DNA of 64,000 nucleotides from a virus (Duplodnaviria > Caudoviricetes): the IMG/VR virus record IMGVR_UViG_3300031992_000032, positions 1 to 64,000 of that record; one strand, given 5' to 3'. Below, piece after piece: positions 33,508-43,411 of this stretch (its first letter is position 1; the number at the start of each line of letters is the position of its first letter). Below the pieces are notes generated by a model, which saw only the letters and a program-made list of their open reading frames with translations, had not been told where the DNA came from and searched no databases. The position numbers were made by a program, and so were the translations under genes.

Positions 33508-33705
33508 TAAATTATATATATAAGTACAAGTGCGTTTCCAGTAGTGGAACCTTGGAACCCCTCTATTAGGATAGTGTCTAGAGCGAGTCCTAGTATGGGA
33601 TAGTAGTCTAATATATAACTATGCTAGCAAATGAAGATTAGACAGAGACCGTCTTGGACGGATCGCCAAAAAGCCCAGCAGGCTTGTACTTATATATGTA
33701 ATTTA
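33508..33705 (+). ncRNA. Unidentified ~200-nt structured RNA
   Basis: 23-bp terminal helix (one G-U) enclosing several GC-richer hairpins; no credible ORF. Confidence 0.55.
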
Positions 33706-34160
33706 GATAAAAAAATATAATTGATTTTTTTAAAAATAAATGTTATAATAATTATAGAAAATAAAAAAGAAAAAGTAATAAATATGGCTTAGAGCTTCAC
33801 GTATATGATTTCAACGTTGTGCCATATAAAATAATACAACGTGGAATATTATTCTTGTTGATGGGGGCAACAAGTAAAAGAATACTTCCCCCAAAAAAGA
33901 TTTAATTGTTTTTTATAAAAAATTATGTTATAATTATTATAGAAAATAAAAAAAAGAAATTAAATAATTTCTTTTACCATCCATCTAATTGGAAAAAAGA
34001 TTTAAATAAGAAATCTTCAATATGGTTCTGTTCTTATTAAACATATATCTCGTTAGGGGCTGCGAGTATAAATAAAGAACAGCTGAGCTACCCAGCATAA
34101 TGGTAGCAACTAATTATAAGGGATGCCACCCAAGAAATGGCAGAAAGAGAGGGATTTATT

Positions 34161-34547
34161 ATGGGAGATGTAAATGTAGAAGTAAAGGAGAAAAAAGTAA
34201 CTCAAGTAGAATTTTATGGTATGTTAAGAGAAGTTGTAGAAGATTCAAATGTTGATAACAAAGCTGAATTAATTGATTTCATTGATTCAAGAGTAGCTCT
34301 TATCAAGAATAGAAAACATTCTGAATCAAAAGTAGCTAAAGCAAATGTTGAATTAGCTGAAAAGGTTTATGATTTTCTTGCTAATGCTAATGAAGCTATG
34401 ACTGTAACTGATATCTACAATGGTCTTAAAGATGTTGAAGGTATTACTTCTGCTCAAAAAGTAACTGCTTTAATTAAGAAATTAGGCGACAGAGTAGTTA
34501 AAGTTACTGAAAGCAAAAAGAAAGTAAAATACTCAATTGCTGACTAG
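34161..34547 (+). CDS. Small winged-helix-like DNA-binding protein (paralogue of 40560-40934 and 44376-44747)
   Basis: T..FY, F...R...., M.VT...., QK.TAL...L motifs shared by three genes. Confidence 0.7.
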   Translation: MGDVNVEVKEKKVTQVEFYGMLREVVEDSNVDNKAELIDFIDSRVALIKNRKHSESKVAKANVELAEKVYDFLANANEAMTVTDIYNGLKDVEGITSAQKVTALIKKLGDRVVKVTESKKKVKYSIAD

Positions 34548-34699
34548 TATTAACTAACATATAGAGTATAGAATTAATCAAAGGGAACATAAGGTAATTT
34601 ATGCTCCCTTTGATGCTATTTATTTAAAAATGGTCAGTTTTAAATTTGCGAAGAGTGGGTTTCGTAAATCCGAAAAAATACGGAAAAGGAGTGTTTCAT

Positions 34700-35524
34700 A
34701 TGGGAAGTGGAGAAGTAAATATCATAAGAGAATATATTAAGGAAGTTTACAATCACGAGTTATTAACTGCGGAAAAAGAGAAGGAATTAGCTAAGGAGAA
34801 AAATTATGATGAACTTGTTTCCGCAAATTTAAGATTGGTTATATCAATCGCAAAGAAATATATGAATCGTGGAGTAGCTTTTATGGATTTAATCCAAGAG
34901 GGAAATATCGGTTTGATGGTTGCCGCAGAGAAGTTTGATCCAGATAAAGGATTTAGATTTTCTACATATGCAACATATTGGATACAACAATATATTGGTA
35001 GAGCAGTAGCTAATCAAGCAAGAACAGTTAGAATTCCAATAAATATATATTCAAATATAAGTAAGATGAATGCCGCAATAGAAAAGATATCTAAACTAAC
35101 TGGAGGTACTCCAACAGATGAAGAGCTTTCCGCAGAAATGGGGATAACATTAGAAGAATTAAAGAAGTTAAAATACTATTATCAGACAACAATCTCTTTA
35201 GATGAGTCTATTGATAATGGAGAGGATAAAGATACAACAGTAGGCGATCTTGTTGCAGATAATAATGCGGAAGATCCATATAGAAAAGCTGAAAAGAGTG
35301 CTTTGCAAGATGCGGTTGCCGCATTGCTTGGTAGTTTAAGTGATAAAGAGGCAGATGTTATAAGAAAAAGATTTGGTATTGGAGAAGTTAATCCAATGAC
35401 TCTTGAAGAAATAAGTAAACTATATGGATTAACAAAAGAAAGAATTAGACAAATTGAGAACCAAGCATTAAAGAAATTAAGAAATCCAATTAGAAGTGGT
35501 TCATTAAAAGAATTCCTTGCTTAA
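34700..35524 (+). CDS. RpoD/SigA-like RNA polymerase sigma factor
   Basis: [50 protein letters not shown]...[15 protein letters not shown]. Confidence 0.93.
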   Translation: MGSGEVNIIREYIKEVYNHELLTAEKEKELAKEKNYDELVSANLRLVISIAKKYMNRGVAFMDLIQEGNIGLMVAAEKFDPDKGFRFSTYATYWIQQYIGRAVANQARTVRIPINIYSNISKMNAAIEKISKLTGGTPTDEELSAEMGITLEELKKLKYYYQTTISLDESIDNGEDKDTTVGDLVADNNAEDPYRKAEKSALQDAVAALLGSLSDKEADVIRKRFGIGEVNPMTLEEISKLYGLTKERIRQIENQALKKLRNPIRSGSLKEFLA

Positions 35525-35616
35525 TAATTTCCTATTGATTTTTTTTATAAAATATGTTATAATTATTATAGAAAATAAAAAAAATAGAAAAAAGATAAAG
35601 AAGGGGGTTGCCGCTT

Positions 35617-35973
35617 ATGAATAAAGTAGTTAAAGAAATTGAAGATAAGGTTTTGGAAGAACTTCAAAATTGGTATGATATTGAAGTAATTGATAGAAAT
35701 GATGATGGTTCTATCAAGGAAATAATTGCAGACTGTTGGGAAATGAATATAGTAGTTAGAGTTGTGCTTCCATGCGGAGAAACTGATTTTCACTTTTTAT
35801 TACAAGCAGACTATATGGATGATGGAAGAGAAGAACCCGCAATAGATTGCTGGTATGATAGTCTTGATGATTTATTACCTGAATTAAAATCTACAAAAGT
35901 ACATGAAAAAGTATATGATTTTTATGGAGAAGAGGAGGCTGATATTGATGAAACACAAATTAACGAATGGTAA
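35617..35973 (+). CDS. Acidic hypothetical protein
   Basis: Intact ORF after promoter 35535. Confidence 0.7.
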   Translation: MNKVVKEIEDKVLEELQNWYDIEVIDRNDDGSIKEIIADCWEMNIVVRVVLPCGETDFHFLLQADYMDDGREEPAIDCWYDSLDDLLPELKSTKVHEKVYDFYGEEEADIDETQINEW

Positions 35974-36349
35974 AGAAATAGAAATTAAAGATAAAGAATT
36001 AGATAATCTTTGCGAAAAATTAGATATTAGCCTTGAGGATGCGGTTCAACTTTGGTTAGAAGATAATGGCTATGAAGTTAATGAAGAAGTTGAGGAATTA
36101 ACAAAAAAGGCTAAAGAAAATCGCGTGACCGCAACAGTCCATGGAGTAGTTCCAAGGAGGGGCAAGAGAGAAGTAACTAGAAAAGAAGATGCAGATAAGA
36201 GATGGTTAATATCTATGTTAGCAGTTGCTCTTGAAAATGAATTAGATATCAATGGAAATATTTCAAATCCAGAGAAGAAAATAGATTTTGAATATAAAGG
36301 GGCTAAATATACAATAGATTTAATTAAACATAGAGAGCCAAAGAAATAA
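35948..36349 (+). CDS. Hypothetical protein, paralogue of 40042-40455
   Basis: GK.I.I.D.E......LDI....A....L.D..Y..NEEVE.LTKKAK shared. Confidence 0.75.
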   Translation: MKHKLTNGKEIEIKDKELDNLCEKLDISLEDAVQLWLEDNGYEVNEEVEELTKKAKENRVTATVHGVVPRRGKREVTRKEDADKRWLISMLAVALENELDINGNISNPEKKIDFEYKGAKYTIDLIKHREPKK

Positions 36350-36391
36350 TTGAAAAGAGAGATAGTTTTAATTAACTATCTCTCTTTTTTT

Positions 36392-36811
36392 TTATTCAAA
36401 CATTTTCTTATATTTGTCTAATATTTTCTCAATATAATCAAATTTATCATCTATTGTAGATTTTGTTGTTGCGTTTAAAATAGAAGGATCTTTCTTTATT
36501 GTATAGGTTTTTCTATTTTTTCTTAAATATACATCTACTAAATTCTTTACTAAGTCTTCATTTTTCTCCATTCAATCAATTACTTTTTCTACATCATCAG
36601 CAAACATAATTTCGCCATATCCAATAGAATTTATATATTCTGCAAAAGCTTCAACTGCGGCTGCGCGTTTATTTACTTTGTGGTTAACCTTTTCCGCATT
36701 GATTTCCTTTTGAGCTTCTTTAATTTGTTCAGATAAAATGTCTTGTAATTCTTTTTCAGTTGTTCCCTTTTTTAATAGGTCTTTAATTGATATTTCTTTT
36801 GATATTTCCAT
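36392..36811 (-). CDS. Hypothetical protein; one TGA=Trp
   Basis: ORF continues past TGA at 36572-36574 to TAA next to a bidirectional terminator. Confidence 0.65.
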
Positions 36812-36935
36812 CTTCTTTTGTCTCCTTTCTTGTATATTAATATTATATATAAATTTTTTATGGAAATCAAATGGGGGGCGGTGGCGATAGGGGATCCGAG
36901 GAGGAGAGAAATTCTTGCAGTGAGCTGAAAACCGC

Positions 36936-37061
36936 TAGGTAATTTATCTACTTACTAGCACTTAGGTAAAATATCTAAAGAGATAGTGATTTTGGTAAAA
37001 TTTTTAGGTAAAAATTCTACTTACTAGTAAAATATTGGGGGTAATTTTAGGTAAAAATTCT
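36936..37061 (+). repeat. Iteron-like direct repeats (TAGGTAAAAA[A/T]TCTA[CTTACT]) upstream of the Rep-like gene
   Basis: Four or more imperfect copies. Confidence 0.7.
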
Positions 37062-37141
37062 ATTTGGTCATTTTTGAAAATTTGACTTAGAAAGAAATTT
37101 ATATTATAATAGAAATAGGTAAAAAAGGAGGTTTTTACTTA

Positions 37142-37753
37142 ATGGGTAAAAATGATAAAATACAAAAAAGGTTTCCTGCAGAAACCAAATTAGATGAAAT
37201 GACTTTCTTGAATAATAAAAAGATCAATGGTGAATTGTATGCTTATTTACAAGAGAAATCTTATCCTGAGGATGGAGAAACGAGGGTATATAAAAAGCAA
37301 TTACCTTCTCAGGCGGATATATGCGAAGCTGTTGGAATTAAATCACCCAAAACGCTTAAGAGGCATATACAAAGTTTAATTGATTACGGGTTTCTTGAAG
37401 ACCGCGACAAGTATTATGTATTGGGGGATAGAGAAAATATGTTTTTGCTATTGCCGCTTAGTACAGTTCAATTCTTAATTGATACTTTGACTGAAAATGT
37501 TATTAAGGTTTATATATATTTGGGGCAGAGGTATAAGTATGCTTTAAGTCAGGGTATACTTTATTCATTTACTCTTAAAGAATTGGGGGCGCATACGGGC
37601 ATTAATATAGAGGGTAATTCTAGGGGGTATACGGTATTGAATAATGCTCTAACTTGTTTACAAAATAATGGATTGATAAATTATGTAGATTATTTTGATG
37701 ATAGAAGTCCTCGAAAGAGATTAACTGGATTCAGTTATTATTATAAAAAGTAG
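37142..37753 (+). CDS. Putative replication initiator / tandem winged-HTH DNA-binding protein
   Basis: SQADICEAVGIKSPKTLKRHIQSLIDYGFL and FTLKELG...LNNALTCLQNNGLI HTH-like segments; flanked by iterons. Confidence 0.55.
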   Translation: MGKNDKIQKRFPAETKLDEMTFLNNKKINGELYAYLQEKSYPEDGETRVYKKQLPSQADICEAVGIKSPKTLKRHIQSLIDYGFLEDRDKYYVLGDRENMFLLLPLSTVQFLIDTLTENVIKVYIYLGQRYKYALSQGILYSFTLKELGAHTGINIEGNSRGYTVLNNALTCLQNNGLINYVDYFDDRSPRKRLTGFSYYYKK

Positions 37754-37757
37754 CGAT

Positions 37758-37818
37758 TAGGTAAAAAATCTACTTACTTTTAGGTAAAAAATCTACTTAC
37801 TTTTAGGTAAAAATTCTA
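37758..37818 (+). repeat. Tandem 23-bp iteron-like repeats downstream of the Rep-like gene
   Basis: taggtaaaaaatctacttacttt x2 plus a partial third copy. Confidence 0.8.
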
Positions 37819-37967
37819 GGATATCTAAATAAATATAAATAAAGAGTGCTAAGTAAACAACTGCTATTATCACTTCTTCGCTTTTGGAGACTTCGCTTCG
37901 CTCAGCCTCCAAGCTCAGAGTGAAATAGCAGTTATAGGCGCTCGCTTTAATAAGGGAGGAAAATGAT

Positions 37968-38525
37968 ATGGAATTAGAAAAAGATATTGTTGTTTTTGGT
38001 ATTATAGAAGAAGATAGTATTATATATGTTGGATGAAGATATATTGATGATATAAGAGAAGTAAAGGATAAATATATTGAATGATATAAAGAGGATATAA
38101 TGACTGTATATGGAGATGAAGAATGGATAAGAGAAATAAAGGAAGAGGGATATCTGCATCTTAATTATGTAATTTTAAATAGATTTAGGAAAGAAGAATT
38201 TGATAGTATGGAAGTTAGTAATTATTTTTATGGTTTATGTAAAATATGACCTATATATAGAGAATGATTTTTTGAAAATGATAAAGGAAAGATAGTATTG
38301 TTAAATATATATAGAGAACTAATTGAAATGGATTTAGATAAAATTTTTGATTTAGATTTTATAAGAATGACACAAAGAGAAATTGATGAATATAAAAGTA
38401 ATTTAAATAGAGATTTAGGAATATTAAAAATGAAAGCGATACAGGGAGATTATGATGCGATTGAGAGATTAAGTTTGATTGAGCATGCAAGAGATATATT
38501 TTTATATGGAAGAGATATGGATTAA
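37968..38525 (+). CDS. Hypothetical protein, four TGA=Trp; N-terminus faintly GIY-YIG-like
   Basis: GGGAGG SD; open to TAA only if TGA is sense. Confidence 0.6.
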
Positions 38526-39392
38526 AAATTAGTGAATATGTTTATAATATAAAAATAGATTTGAATATATAATATATAAAATGTATTAAGAATATGTTAG
38601 AGATATATTAAAAATGTGCTAGAAATGAGTTGGGTGTGGTGGACCGACCTCCATCCAAATACCATTTTCTTTATTTCGTTATTCGTTATCCTTATTTATA
38701 TTATTTAGTTGCGTTCGCTCTTGGATTCTATGCGGAAGCGGCATATATAAGAAGCGGCTGGACCCGCTTCTTCAATTAAATATATTACCCCATTATATTA
38801 TATAATAATTTTAAAATAAAATCAAGTTGCTGCGTAGTTCATGGCAATTTTGCATATAGCTTAGCTTATTAGAGCTAAGCTAGGCCCACTTCGTTAACAT
38901 AATAAGTAGTCATAAATTGAATTACGTCAAGACATTATGTAAACCTGCGGCGCCCCCCACCAGAAGCGGGATCCCGCTTCTAATTCTTTTACTCTTGCGT
39001 GAGCGAAGCGAGCATTTCGGGAAAAATTGCGGAAGCGCGGCAGGCCTGGTAGTTCCTAGAAAAATTCCATATAGGTGTCGTTCAGGCAGAAAAACGCGCC
39101 ACCTCGGTCGGTCGCGCGCCGTTGAACAGGTTTACATAATTCCTTTGCCGCATTATGTTAACCGCATTTTAGACAAAAAAAATAGAGTAGTTGCAAGCCT
39201 ACTCTATTCCGACAATTTCTTCCTAACGTGAGAAATTATCAAACATCCGCTCTTAATAACGATAAAGAGACACGCCATTTAATAACCCCTCAAATGGTAA
39301 TCGGAATTTTTTTCGTTAAATTCAACGACTAGCTTTTCCTTGGTACTAGCCACCATACCTTTATTGTAGACCTCTTGCAAGGTCATTACAAT

Positions 39393-39593
39393 CTAATTTT
39401 CTTCAATAGATATTTTAATTGTTTCTGGTAGTATTGTTGCGGTTGCCATTACAATATATTCTTTTCCGCATTTTTGACATACTCCAAGATGTTCTTCAGT
39501 TAAGTAGCCATCTTCTATTGAACCATAAAAATCAACCATTTCATCATCTTCAATCTCTCCACCACATTTACAATTAGGAATTTTTAATTTCAT
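39393..39593 (-). CDS. Small zinc-ribbon protein
   Basis: CKC and CQKC; own promoter and AAAGGGG SD. Confidence 0.7.
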   Translation of the reverse strand: MKLKIPNCKCGGEIEDDEMVDFYGSIEDGYLTEEHLGVCQKCGKEYIVMATATILPETIKISIEEN

Positions 39594-39735
39594 TTTTCTT
39601 TTCCCCTTTCTCTTTTTCTATAATCATTTTATCATTTTGTCTTTTCTTTGTCAAGTCTTTTTTTATTTTTATTTGTAATTTTTTTAAATCTTTAGCTTCC
39701 ATAATTATCAACCCCTTTTTTTATTTTCTATAATA

Positions 39736-39764
39736 ATTATAACAATTATTTATTATTTTGTCAA
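39736..39764 (-). promoter_or_regulatory. sigmaA consensus promoter; representative of about 20 minus-strand cassette promoters between 39.6 and 48.5 kb
   Basis: TTGACA-17bp-TATAAT with TG extension and ATAGAAAATAA leader. Confidence 0.85.
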
Positions 39765-40041
39765 TAAAAAATGATAATTTTGTTAAAAAATTTTTAAAAA
39801 TGCGACCAAATATGCGGAAAAAGGCACATTTTATTAATTTTCTAAGTAAAAAAGTTGATTTTTCAAGCAAAAATGCGGTTTCAGGAGTTAACATAACGCA
39901 AAAATAATATAGTTTTTGATAAAAAATAACCCAAAAGTAAGGTTATTATGTAAATCGCGGCCTGCGGTGACCGCAAACCGGCCGCCCGGATTATGTAAAC
40001 TTCAAGAAGATAAAAAAAGAGAGCCTTATGGCTCTCTGTAC

Positions 40042-40455
40042 CTACTCGCTCTTGGCTTTCGGTGGTCTATGTTCAGTTAGTGTAATTGTAAAGTATTTTT
40101 CATTTATGTAAAGGTCAATTCCTTTACTTGTTTGTACTATTGGACTTATGTTAAGCATTTCGCTATTGTCAATCAATGCTTTATGTAAACAATTTAAAAT
40201 GCTTGTTTTTAAGGGGTTTTCCTTTGGCTTTCTTTCGGTCTTGGCTCTTGTAGTCTTTGCCTTATTTACAATTTTATCAGCACCACTTGCTTTGGCTTTT
40301 TTTGTAAGGGTTTCAACCTCTTCATTTTTAATATAATCGTGGTCGCACAAGTACATTTCAATAGCTTGCTCTTGCGTTATGTCAAGTAGTTTCATTGACT
40401 TTTCAATTTCTTGGTCTGGAATATTGATTTTTTTACCTTTGATTTCGTATTTCAT
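40042..40455 (-). CDS. Hypothetical protein, paralogue of 35948-36349
   Basis: Shared motifs; own promoter and terminator. Confidence 0.75.
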   Translation of the reverse strand: MKYEIKGKKINIPDQEIEKSMKLLDITQEQAIEMYLCDHDYIKNEEVETLTKKAKASGADKIVNKAKTTRAKTERKPKENPLKTSILNCLHKALIDNSEMLNISPIVQTSKGIDLYINEKYFTITLTEHRPPKAKSE

Positions 40456-40559
40456 TTTGATTTCCCCTTTCTTATTTTCTATAATTATTTTACTACATTA
40501 AAATTAAAAAGTCAATAGAAAAATTAAAAAAATTTGTAAGGGGCTTTTCGCCCCTTATA

Positions 40560-40934
40560 TTACATTGCTTTGTAGTAAGATTTTTTGCCTTCTTTAATAT
40601 TTGCGATTTTATCTTCTTTTTTTAATTGAGTAAGTAAGGCGGTTAATTTTTGATTTGAACCTTGTACTTTTTCGTTAATGTCTTTGTCTTGTAGCAATTC
40701 AGTAACAGTAACCATTTTATCGCCTAGAGCCACAAGTGTTTCAAGTACCATAGCTTTGATTACTTCATTTTCTTTTTGTTTTGCTGTTTCTCCCTTGCTA
40801 GATGCTTTCTTTTCAAGCATTTCAATTCTTCCTTTGAAGAAATCGGCTAATTCAGTGTTGCCAGCTCTTTCAGCCATTTCAATACCTTCCTTATAAAAAT
40901 CTTTTTGTGTTTTTGTGTTCTTCATAATGAACAA
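40560..40934 (-). CDS. Winged-helix-like protein, close paralogue of 44376-44747
   Basis: KGETAKQKENE, LGDKMVTVT, LLTQLKKEDKI, KEGKKSYYK identical in both. Confidence 0.8.
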   Translation of the reverse strand: MFIMKNTKTQKDFYKEGIEMAERAGNTELADFFKGRIEMLEKKASSKGETAKQKENEVIKAMVLETLVALGDKMVTVTELLQDKDINEKVQGSNQKLTALLTQLKKEDKIANIKEGKKSYYKAM

Positions 40935-41312
40935 CTCCTTTCTTTTTTTTAATTTTTTTTGTAAGATTTTCTTTTCTTTATCTTACATATTTATTATAAC
41001 ATTTGTAATTAAGTTTGTCAATACTTTTTTTAATTTTTTTTGATTTTTTTTAATCACTCTTTTTGACTTCTTAATTACTTTTGTTATAATAATTATAACA
41101 TTGTAAGTTTTAAAAGTCAAGCATTATTTTTAATTTTTTTAAATTATTTTTTTTAAATGCTTTTTTCTTTTCTTTATCTTACATATTTATTATAACATTA
41201 TTTATAAATAAAGTCAATTACAGAATTGTTACATTTTTGTTACAATAGTCAACACATTATGTAAACTGCGGGATCCAGGTCAAACCCGCTTGGCTCTAGG
41301 TTTTGGGAGAAC

Positions 41313-41326
41313 CGAACGGGTGTTCG
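41313..41326. promoter_or_regulatory. LexA/DinR SOS (Cheo) box
   Basis: CGAAC-GGGT-GTTCG matches CGAACRNRYGTTCG. Confidence 0.65.
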
Positions 41327-41474
41327 CGCGGCCAAATTTGAAATGAAAATAATGTAAAGGTAAAGTTATTATGTAAACTCGGCCCAGCACGCTCGTGCGC
41401 CGGCCGCCGAATTATGTTAACTTCTCCCCTAGCCGCATTATGTTAACTTAGGGTGTATAAAAAAAGTGCTATTT

Positions 41475-42017
41475 CTAGCACTTTGTAGGATTATAGTTTC
41501 CATAATATTTTAAATATGCTTTTGTGATTTCGTTTGAATAAAGCCTTACTAGGTCATAATTTTCGTTTACATAATTAATTGCCCATTGTGTTGCTCGTTT
41601 TTCTTCTTTAAGATTAAAATATAAATATGTTGTAAGTTTGTCTATTATGCTAATATGTCCAAAATGATAACTCAAAAAATCTGTAATTTTTCTAATGCTT
41701 ATAAAAGGGTCTTTTATATCATAATTTTGAACGTGTCCCATTTCGTGAAGAAAAGACCAAATATAATATGGTATTATGTCAACTATATCTTTTTCTTCTT
41801 TTGGAAGCTTTACATAAACACTATTTAAAAAATCTTGAATTGATTTTTCATAAAATTGCTTGCTTGGAATAGGTATATATATTTCATTAAATAATGGTAT
41901 TGATTGCCATATTTTGCCTTTTTTGATTTCAATTGAATTATCAATAATATTTGCAAAGTCTTGATAAGTTTTTAATAATTTTTGTAAATGTTTTCTATTT
42001 ATTTTTTTTCTATTCAT
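41475..42017 (-). CDS. HEXXH zinc metallopeptidase-like protein
   Basis: FLHEMGH plus downstream EEKRA. Confidence 0.7.
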   Translation of the reverse strand: MNRKKINRKHLQKLLKTYQDFANIIDNSIEIKKGKIWQSIPLFNEIYIPIPSKQFYEKSIQDFLNSVYVKLPKEEKDIVDIIPYYIWSFLHEMGHVQNYDIKDPFISIRKITDFLSYHFGHISIIDKLTTYLYFNLKEEKRATQWAINYVNENYDLVRLYSNEITKAYLKYYGNYNPTKC

Positions 42018-42122
42018 TTTTTTGTTCCCCTTTCTTATTTTCTATAATAATTTTATCATTTTATTATAGAATTGTCAATAGAAAAATTAAAATTTTTTAA
42101 AAAATTTTTTAGGCTTGTTATG

Positions 42123-42869
42123 TTAACAAGCCTTGATTAACCTAAAAGGAAAATAAGCAATAGTAAACTCAGGTTTACGTAATTTTAAAATTCTTTGTAA
42201 AATTTCAGTTTCAACCTCGCTATCGCTTAGAGCAGTATGGCTTTCAACAAATTCGCCATTTAAGTCGTTTACATAATTGTAAACTATTTCAGCATTGCTA
42301 ATTATGTTACCTTTTGCGGTTGTCTTTTTATAAAATGCTTGAAAAGTTTTTTGGTTACATAATGTTTGGCAAGCCATTGTCCAAATGTCCAAAACCTCTA
42401 TTTGCAAGTCTTTGAAGATATATTTTTTAACGAAGTTTACATAATCTGGAGCCCATTTTCCGCTCTTTGTAGGTCTAAATAACATTTTGAAGCGGTTTAC
42501 ATAAATGTGTTCAGTGGTTTGCATAAATGCGTCTAGGTCAAAATTGATATTATAAGCACAAGCAAATTTTACATTGTAATTATGTAAATCATTTTGTAAG
42601 ATTTTAACAATTTCCGCAAATGGTTTTATGTCAATCTCTCCATTTTCTACCATTTCTTTATACTTTGGTAATTTGTTTACATAATAAGCAGTGTTCATAA
42701 GTTCTTCATTTTCAAAAATTTCTTTTACAAGATAATTTCTTTTTATGTAAATTTGTTTTTTATCTGCTATTGTATAACCTATATCATAAATAAGTTTTAT
42801 GTTAACATCTCCCCCCGTTGTTTCAGTGTCAAAAATTAAATAGTAGTTTTTTCTTTTATCAATTTTCAT
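42123..42869 (-). CDS. DEDDh 3'-5' exonuclease
   Basis: FDTETTG, AYNINFD, HTALSD motifs. Confidence 0.88.
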   Translation of the reverse strand: MKIDKRKNYYLIFDTETTGGDVNIKLIYDIGYTIADKKQIYIKRNYLVKEIFENEELMNTAYYVNKLPKYKEMVENGEIDIKPFAEIVKILQNDLHNYNVKFACAYNINFDLDAFMQTTEHIYVNRFKMLFRPTKSGKWAPDYVNFVKKYIFKDLQIEVLDIWTMACQTLCNQKTFQAFYKKTTAKGNIISNAEIVYNYVNDLNGEFVESHTALSDSEVETEILQRILKLRKPEFTIAYFPFRLIKAC

Positions 42870-43005
42870 TTTTTTATCCCCTTTCTTAATACAATATCAT
42901 TATAGCATTATAACAAAAACTTGTCAATTACAATTTTGTAAAAATAATGTTACAATTATGTTACAAACGTCAATACATTATGTAAACCTAGGCGGTTTTG
43001 GGAAG

Positions 43006-43032
43006 TTAGCACTCGTGATGCGTGAGTGCTAA
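43006..43032. promoter_or_regulatory. CIRCE element (HrcA operator)
   Basis: Perfect TTAGCACTC-N9-GAGTGCTAA. Confidence 0.9.
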
Positions 43033-43411
43033 GCCGCAAAAAATAACCCAAAGTGTCAATACTTTATGTAAACTCGGCCTGGCGCGATCGCACGCCGGCC
43101 GGCCGACTTATGTAAACTAAAAAAGAGCAAAAAAAATAGAGTAGTTTGCAAGCCCACTCCATTTTTGAAAATTTTTTTAACGTTCCAAAAAATTTACAAA
43201 ATAACGTTCCCTGCCACATCAGGGCTGAATGACCGTTTTTCAAGGAAAAAGGCAAAACCTTATTTTTCGCTCTCTTGCAAAGAGCGGTTGCAACCTTAAT
43301 TTCTAACTACTTGGCTTCTATCTTCTATTATCATTTTTATCTTCCCCTTTCTTATTACAATTATATTGTAACAAAGGCTTGGCTTTTTGTCAAGCCTTTT
43401 TGAAAAATTTT

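Noticed and set aside
33508-33705. 6S RNA or tmRNA
   Set aside because: Interior looks multibranched rather than a rod with a central bubble; no tRNA-like ends or tag ORF
38917-39231. 104-aa ORF on +, also 43064-43255(-) and 47586-47819(+)
   Set aside because: They run through GC-rich spacer DNA and terminators, lack an SD and have atypical composition
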